Position numbers and translations under genes: made by a program. Of a stretch of DNA of 56,600 bases, positions 48,924-56,600 are shown in pieces. Source of the stretch: Octopus bimaculoides (lineage: Eukaryota); NCBI RefSeq assembly GCF_001194135.2, contig NC_068995.1, positions 27,005,249 through 27,061,848 of the forward strand, read 5' to 3'. Positions within the stretch are counted from its first letter, which is position 1; every line of letters starts with the position of its first letter. A model generated the notes under the pieces. The model did no database searches and was not told where the DNA came from. It saw only the letters and a program-made list of their open reading frames with translations.

Positions 48924-49118
48924 GGTAATTTTTCAGATTAACACCCGCACAATTACGTAACCCTAACCCTAAAACCCTAACCCTGACCTTAAAACAGTAA
49001 TCGTAACACTAGCCCTAATCGTAACTCTAACCGTAACCCTAAAACCCTAACCCTGACCCAAAAACAGTAATCCTAACACCATGTGAAAATCGTGCGGGTG
49101 TTGATCTGAAAAATTACC
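48924..49118. mobile_element. MITE with GGTAA- TIRs and internal telomere-like (CCCTAA)n
   Basis: TIRs ggtaatttttcagattaacacccgcac / gtgcgggtgttgatctgaaaaattacc; flanks cacatttt / cacatttg. Further copies at 50659-50778 and truncated at 42778-42835. Confidence 0.75.
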
Positions 49119-50369
49119 CACATTTGTAATGAAGTTCACTGATTTGCATCGTGTTGTCCATAAGCTCCGTAGTTTGTATATTTACAAAACATTGATGAAC
49201 ATGCGTTATATTGTAGTGAATGCTTGTGTGTACGTGTGCGTGTATGCATTTGAGAGAGCGAGAGAGAAGAGGGAGAGAGGAAAAGAGAGAGAGAGGAAAA
49301 GAGAGAGAGGAAAAGAGAGAGAGGAAAAGAGAGAGAGGAGGAGAAAGGAATGGAGAACGGGAGCAATGAAGAGAGAGAAAGAGAAGAATGGAGAACGGAA
49401 GACAGTTATAAAATAGCAATGCGTGCGCATGTTTATATAAGAAACACACAGAAACTACATCTTATATCTATAATGTTGATGTGTGTATGTGTTTATGTGT
49501 ATGTGTTTATATGTATGTGTTTATGTGTATGTTGTTGTTACAGATCACGTATGTGTGCTTGAGTGTGTTTTTATGTTTCTATGTTATGAAAAATATGTTA
49601 GAGGTAGAGGGATAGAAGAAAGCTATTAAATGGGAGAGAGGAAGAAGAACGAAGTAAGAGTGAAAAGGTAGAAGGAAAGAATAGTCTTAAAGCAAGTTAA
49701 TCTATGACTTTGTATGTATCACTTTCTCTCTCTCTCTCTCTCTTTTACTCTTACTCTGTATATTATATATAGAGTACGTGATCGATGTGTAAGAACGCCG
49801 GTACAGGTAGAAGGGAAGAAATACAAACTTGTTAGAAACAACAGCCAAATCTCCCTTAAATCACACAAAGTAAACGGAATTTAAAAAATCTAATTGCTGC
49901 ACTGGAAAGTTCACATCGAGAAAATTCCATTGATGTAAAATTTTTTACGAAAAAGTGGAAAATGTGGATTTCTATAAACTTTTAAAAAGGCTTCACACAG
50001 ATACAGAACTTCAGCATTATATATTAAGATGGGCAACACACACACACACATATTAAATAAAAAAAATTACAGGTATTTGTATGTATGTATGTGTGTATTA
50101 ATGTGCATTCTGTGTCTCTATATATATGGTAGTAAGTAAATGCGTTTTAAGAAAGATATAAAAACAATTCAGTCTGTAGGGAATAAATGTTTGACTGCCG
50201 ATCGTATTTGGAAGAGACTGACAGGTATTTGTATGTATGTGTTTATTTGTATATATGTGTGTATTTGTACGTATGTATGAGTGTGTATTCAAAAAACATC
50301 TATATTTACACTTTAAAGTTGGTTTTCACACTCAACCCTGTTCTGCAGAATCAGTGTAGCGACGGGAGG

Positions 50370-50525
50370 TTTGTGCCCATCTCTACATTCTGAGTACAAA
50401 TTCCGCCGAAGTCGACTTTGCCTTTCATCCTTTCGGAGTCTAAAAAATAAGTACCAGTTGAACACAGGGGTCGATATATTCGACTATTCTCCACCTGCCC
50501 CAAGCCGCCCTTGTGGGAAAAATTT
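50370..50525 (+). mobile_element. SINE fragment inside the Helitron composite
   Basis: caaattccgccgaagtcgactttgcctttcatcctttcgg...aagtaccagttg; same family as 22887-23103. Confidence 0.7.
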
Positions 50526-51358
50526 GAAATAACGATCAAACTGCCAACCCACAACTAAGTCTGAAGTGTATATATATATATATATATATGGGCAACACAC
50601 ACACACACACACAGTAAATAAAAAAATGTTAGTAAGTAAAAGTGTTTTAAAAAAGATTGTTAAATTTTCAGATTAACACCAGAACGAATTTCACTACAGT
50701 GTTAGAGTTATGGTTTTAGGGTCAGGGTTAGGGTTAGGGTTAGGTAGGTAATCGTGCGGGTGTTAATCTCAAGATTTATGAAAAGATTTTCAAAAAAACT
50801 CAGTTTGTAGGGAATAAATGTTTGTCGACCGTATTTGAAAAAAATGTGTGGCCATTTTTTGTTGTTGTTATGATGGTGAAGGACAGAGTTCGAAATAAGT
50901 TACAATTCCCGCCAATTAGAATGAGGTATGTATATGAAAATGAAACCATTAAAGTGAAAGTATCTGTCATTACAGTATCGAAATGTGATTGTTTCAGTTT
51001 TGATACTGAAATAGTTTTCTTTTACTGTCAGTGTTTCTCCTTCCTTTCTTTTTGTATTTGTTGTTGGATCGTTCGTAAAGGTTCATAAGAGAAAGTAGGA
51101 GTTGAAAGGAATTGTAAAGGTAGTAGAAAGAGGAAATTAGATTTTATTAGGGGGGAAATGTTAATTTGTGTAGTTTTATGGATTTTATTCGGAATTATGA
51201 GTTATTTTGACTGAAAAAATGACACTGTGACCTAACTTATTGTATTTAGAATATTAATTCCGATTCTTTAATTAAAGAGATTTGGAATTGTGTAAATGTA
51301 TGAATTTTAAACATAGACACACACACACACAGAGAAAATCTGCCTTTTATAGATAAGA

Positions 51359-51874
51359 TAAAAAGTTGATAGATAGACACAAAAATAGACAGCAAGTCCT
51401 ATCAGTAAACTCAGGGGGACCAAAAATGTAGCAAATATTTGGCCACATGTAGACATGATCCAAAAAGTTCAGTCTTTGAATTTAGACATGTGGTGGAGTC
51501 TAAGCTGCCTTTCCAGATGAGCCATCTTTCCATATCACATAGACCGCACCTTCTGCTGCCGCTGGTGTAAGGTTTACACTTGGCTAGGATCTTCCAATGG
51601 ATGTTGTAACTGACACTTTTATCTTTTAAAGACCATATATGACTGGATAATTTTGTCATTTTTCTTTTGTCCTAGTGCCTGAAACTCAAAGTGTGATTAT
51701 TGAATCTGGCCTTGAAATTACCCTCCATGAGGCCCATGTATTTCTTTGTGGAAACTGCGTCCTTAGTGGATACAGAGTCTATGGTTGCCTCATAAATGAT
51801 GGTTTTGGACATGCAAGCTCCATTTAGCGTGCACAAGTTTTTATCTCTGCATGAACAGCTGGCTTCATATTGCG
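51359..51874 (-). repeat. inverted pLTR (proximal part, GIY-YIG coding) of the Hydra-like PLE
   Basis: Reverse complement of about 53153-53666, roughly 95% identical by eye; ORFs 51672-51887 and 51411-51659 duplicate 53153-53614. Confidence 0.9.
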
Positions 51875-54240
51875 AGCACATATTCACGACTCCTACATAA
51901 CAGCATTATCAACAATTACACCAAGGCTAGACCAGAAACTTATAATGATATTAATAAAGAAGCTAGTAATATCGCTGCCAGACTCAAATTAGATTTAAAA
52001 AATAGAGGTCCTCCCCAAAAAAGAGGCCTTTATAACTATCAAAGACCATAAAAAGAACTTCTTATCCAATCCTAAGTGTAGGCTTATTAACCCAGCAAAA
52101 TCAGAACTTGGCATTATCAGTAAAGAAATTCTTGGGAAAATCAATGCGGAAGTCAGGAATGCCACTAGGTTAGTACAATGGTCTAATAGTATAGAAGTCA
52201 TTGACTGGTTTAAAGCTATTAAGAATAAGAAAAATGCGAGATTCACGCAGTTTGATATTGTCGATTTTTAAGCTACTATCTCCAAAGAACTGCTAGATAA
52301 AGCCCTTACCTTCGCAAGCGGATTTATAGAAATCAGCACACAGGATAAAGACATAATCTTCCATGCTAGAAAGACTACTCTTCAGCGAGAACGCAGAGTG
52401 GGTCAAGACTACCGATACAGAGGGTGCTTTCAATGTAAGCATGGGGTCATAAGATGGAGCAGGCATATGCGATCTTATTGGACTATTCCTACTAGATATG
52501 TTGTGCAAGACTTTTCCTAACGTACACTTCGCAATTTATAAAGATGATGCCCTAGCTTTATCCGCTAATACCAATGGACCAGCACAAGATCGGTTCAGGA
52601 AGGATATTATCCATTTGATGAAAACCTTCGGTCTTAGCATATCTACAGATACCAACCTGACGGTTGTCAACTACCTAGATGTGTTCCTAGATCTAAATAA
52701 GAATATTTACAAACCTTATAGGAATCCCAACGATAGACTTAGTTACATCAATGTGGATTCCTGCCATCCCCCCATAGTGTTTAAAAATTTAGTTAAGAAC
52801 ATTAGTAAAAGAATCTCTAGCCTCTCTTCTGATAGGGACATTTTCAATAGCGTTGCCCTAGTATATAATAAGGCTCTAAAAGATAGTGGTTTTAACGAGG
52901 GAATAACCTATACACCTACCACCAGACCAGTAGCAAAAAGAAGAAAGCATAGGAAAAGAAAAATCATCTGGTTCACACACCCCTACTCACCAGAAGTGAC
53001 CTTTAATATTGGCAGATATTTCTTGGCACTGATAGACAGACACTTTCCAGTTAACCATAATTATAGAAAGATCTTCAACAGACATAACTTAAAAATCAGG
53101 TTCAGCTCAACTGCTAATTTTAAGAACATAATCGCACACAACACACAAAAGCCGCAATATGAAGCCAGCTGTTCATGCAGAGATAAAAACTAGTGCGCGC
53201 TAAATGGAGCTTGCATGTCCAAAACCATCATTTATGAGGCAACCGTAGACTGTTACCACTAAGGACGCAGTTTCCACAAAGAAATACGTGGGCCTCATGG
53301 AGGGTAATTTCAAGGCCAGATTCAATAATCACACTTTGAGTTTCAGGCACTGGGACAAAAGAAAAATGACAAAATTATCCAGTCATATATGGTCTTTAAA
53401 AGATAAAGGTGTCAGTTACAACATCCATTGGAAGATCCTAGCCAAGTGTAAACCTTATACCAGCAGTAGCGGAAGGTGCGGTCTATGTGATATGGAAAGT
53501 TGGCTCATCTGGAAAGGCAGCTTAGACCCCACCACATGTCTAGATTCAAAGACTGAACTTTTCGGATCATGTCTACATGTGGCCAAATATTTGCTACGTT
53601 TTTGGTCCCCCTGAGTTTACTGATAGGACTTGCTTTCTATTTTTGTGTCTATCTATAAGCTTTTTATCTCTCTATAATTATTACTTACATTTCTTATATA
53701 TTTTTTAATATCTTTCAATATTTTTACTGATAGGACCTGTTGATGGGACTGTACTGATAGGTTTCTATATTGTGTCTATGTATAAGCTTTTCACCTTTTT
53801 TACTTGGATTTTATATTTTTTAATATTTTTGTTTATTTTTATGTTTTTTTTACATAATTATAGGGTTAATGTTTTTGTATTTTTTCCACACATATTTTTT
53901 TGTTTTCTCCCCTCCACCCTGTTTTTTCCTGTACGGCTATAGACATGTACAAGGAACTTTATATGTGCGCGCTTGTGAGTGTGCGCATGGGTGTGTGTAT
54001 ATAGATATATGCGTGTGTATATAGAGATATGTGCATGCGTGCATGCGATAATATACGCAGTTTTAGACATGTTTTGTCCTTGTCACTACACAGTAATTTC
54101 CCTTTGTTTTTAACGGTCATTTTTTACAGGAATTTTCAATGGCCAGATAACTGAAGAGATGTTGGTGTGGGCTCCCACCCTTGCATCCGAAAACTCAGAA
54201 TTTGATCATGGCTACTGAACGTCACATATTTTTACAGATA
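51875..54240 (+). mobile_element. Penelope-like element, Hydra-clade-like (RT and modified GIY-YIG), 5'-truncated, with stops and frameshifts
   Basis: RLINPAKSELG, FTQFDIV, YKDDAL, VNYLDV, YKPYR, RKRKIIWF, linker CSCRDKNxC (CxCx5C), KTIIY...YMG, C-terminal CGLC; long 3'UTR with hammerhead. Confidence 0.9.
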
Positions 54241-54598
54241 TATACATATATATATATATATTTAGAATAAAAGAAGGTAAATGTTGGTATGGACTAAAAT
54301 CTTCTTAAGAAAATACGAAATAAACAATAATTTCAATGTCATGATCAGTGAAAGTGAAACCAGTCAACAGACACAATACTCTTTCACTTATAAAATATAT
54401 TAGAAATAATATTAAAACTATGTAAATTGTGTACATTTTCCTTCTTTTATTTTATATATATATATAAATTGCATTACACATGTATATAATATGTATGTTA
54501 TAATGATAAATATTATATGTACTATATGTATATGTCTGAGACACATACAAAGCTATGCACTAATTAATCATCTTCGACAAAAATGCCAAGGCCAAGTA

Positions 54599-54662
54599 AG
54601 ATTACTTGGGGTAGCCAATTTCAGTAAAATACCATGATTAGTTTTAAAGATATTCAGCACCA
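54599..54662. repeat. isolated fragment of the Sola-like TIR
   Basis: agattacttggggtagccaatttcagtaaaataccatgattagttttaaagatattcagcac matches about 41660-41725 and the reverse complement of about 38400-38460. Confidence 0.65.
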
Positions 54663-55143
54663 TAAAATAGTCTTCTACCACCCCAACATATATATACCCC
54701 TTCATAATATTGTACCCCCACACACCAATGACTTTATTCTTTACAGAAAGAAAACAGACCAATACAGCCATATATACCTACAATCCCAAAGAAAATTATA
54801 CGACAACACTACACATATCACACACCCCATCCCCACAGGAGCACCACACTTAATAATGTGCACTTTCCCTACAAATGCTTTAAGATAACTCTTACTGGCC
54901 TCACAGCATACCCAACCAAGGAGTATAACTCCTAACCTAATCCTCTGGCCCTTTTTCAAAGTAGCTGCTGACTAGTTGTTAATCCACCTCTGACAATAGA
55001 GAGCAGTCACCATATTCCCTTCCATATTGGCTAACTCTGATGAGCATAAGGTTATATAATCAGATTGTTACCTCCATTGTATTCCTTGCGCAAAACTAAT
55101 TGTAAGATTAGTCATGATGGATATATAAAACTATACATTTTGG

Positions 55144-55184
<41 letters not shown>

Positions 55185-55361
55185 TATAAATTTGACATGG
55201 GTGAACGTTGTATTCTTTCTTGTCTTGAGGTTCACAGCCAAACAGCTGGGTGGATTTGCTTGAAAAATGGCACATATGTGGAGACTGGTACATAGATTGG
55301 AATGCGGTTTGTATTTGTTTCATAGCCCCCATAGTTACTGAGAAAATCGATTAAAACAATC

Positions 55362-55393
<32 letters not shown>

Positions 55394-56509
55394 CACTGAA
55401 GCCATTCGTGCATACATACATAACCACTCTCTTTCTCTGTCAATTACTCACTACAAAAACTGAATAAAAATTTCAGTTATCTCTCTCTCATATACACACA
55501 CACCATCAACATTACTCTCTCTGTCTCTTCACACACACTCACAAAAACAATTCATATGCACACCACACATTGTCTCGCACACCCCATCAAACACACATGC
55601 ACACATCAATTCTTCCGTCTCACACAACTTCAAAAGAACTTCACTCATACAACTGCGCTCTCGCTGTCTCTTTTACTTTCACACTGACTTCAAAAAATCC
55701 CCTTTTTTCCCGAACCACATATTAAAAAAATTTTTTTACTTGTCCGGGAATTGCTATTAGAGATAAAATCACAACAATTTGACTCGAGAGATAAACCAAA
55801 CCACCTTGTGCTGACTGCAAAACTCCCACCAAATTATCCACAAAAACACACACACACATACATTTCGTATATCTTCTTTCAATTTCTGCTCTCTGATTAG
55901 ACAAATGTCTAATACAATAGCTCTCAGCTACATTTTGTTCTCTAAAAAGGTACATCTATTTTTTCTATAAATGTATAACAATGACTTATTCCATACTTCT
56001 CCACTTAGCTTTTATTTTCACTTTTCTTAAATTGGATACATCTGCTATTAAGTTGCAGAACTTTGGCAGTACAGTTACAAATCATTTCTGCTTTACTTCT
56101 TACGTACAATTTCCCCGTAAATTCTTACAGCTTCATTTTTTAGTGATGACTGAAATGTCAAACATTTTCTAACTGTTAAAGCAATTCTTAACGTCAACTT
56201 CTTAATGCCTCTTCTATTTTTTCCTAGCCTCCATACTTTCTGAGAAAATCGATTAAAACTTTTTCTAATGCAAATCCCCTCTTTGTGCCACAATTAAAAC
56301 AACCAGTTGCTCACACAGCAACAAGGGGACTACAGCCAAAACTTTCGCTATGCTGTCTCTCTTCTTTCACCTCTTTCTGGGGTTAATTATCTTCATCTTT
56401 AGTTAGTTTCTCCACGAGGCTCTGGCAGGGGATGGTGGCGAACCCTGCTGTACTCTTTCACCACAACTTTCTCTCACTCTTACTTCCTGTTTCTGTTGTG
56501 CCTGTAATT

Positions 56510-56600
56510 CAAACGGTCAGCCTTGTCACACTGTGTCATGCTGAATATCTCCGAGAACTACGTTGAGGGTACACATGTCTGTGGAGTGCTCAGCCACTTG
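56510..56600 (+). mobile_element. SINE fragment running off the window
   Basis: gccttgtcacactgtgt.atgctgaat...gtctgtggagtgctca.ccacttg, as in 15960-16040. Confidence 0.75.

Larger units (their letters stand above)
48346..51358 (-). mobile_element. composite non-autonomous Helitron insertion (two 5'-TC ends, one 3'-CTAG end)
   Basis: Starts TCTTATCTATAAAAGG at 51358; second start TCTTAATATATAATGCTGAAG at 50029; hairpin cccgggcaatgtcggg plus CTAG at 48346. Sits exactly in the A|T of pLTR sequence tttttA|Tctctcta. Confidence 0.8.

Noticed and set aside
50715-50745. True telomere or chromosome fusion site
   Set aside because: Only a few degenerate TTAGGG units, enclosed by MITE TIRs.
1-56600. 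CRISPR arrays, operons, rRNA or viral genes
   Set aside because: No regularly spaced repeat-spacer array or prokaryotic/viral coding density; all repeats are explained by eukaryotic TEs.

Overview
AT-rich, microsatellite-rich, gapped eukaryotic genomic DNA. It is almost certainly a cephalopod, probably Octopus; I infer this from recognising the RTE and SINE families, not from a search. There is no prokaryotic content and no CRISPR array. The window is mostly nested, decayed transposons: several RTE LINEs (one near full length at 23.8-27.8 kb), Penelope-like elements (PLEs) of two clades (Hydra-like and Naiad-like), mariner, maT (DD37D), Tc1 (DD36E) and a Sola-like DNA transposon, non-autonomous Helitrons, MITEs and tRNA-derived SINEs. 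One well-supported 70-nt minus-strand exon (31255-31324) encodes a leucine-rich repeat, so much of the window is probably intron of an LRR gene. Highlights: (1) a head-to-head palindromic element joining a tRNA-like Pol III head to a minimal hammerhead ribozyme; (2) three distinct hammerhead families within about 3 kb; (3) a C4HC3 PHD finger inserted between RT motifs 6 and 7 of the RTE LINEs; (4) a Hydra-like PLE whose ~1.1-kb inverted pLTR is split exactly at A|T by a 3-kb composite Helitron carrying telomere-repeat MITEs. Long ORFs that cross N-runs are artefacts. All alignments and RNA folds were done by eye.
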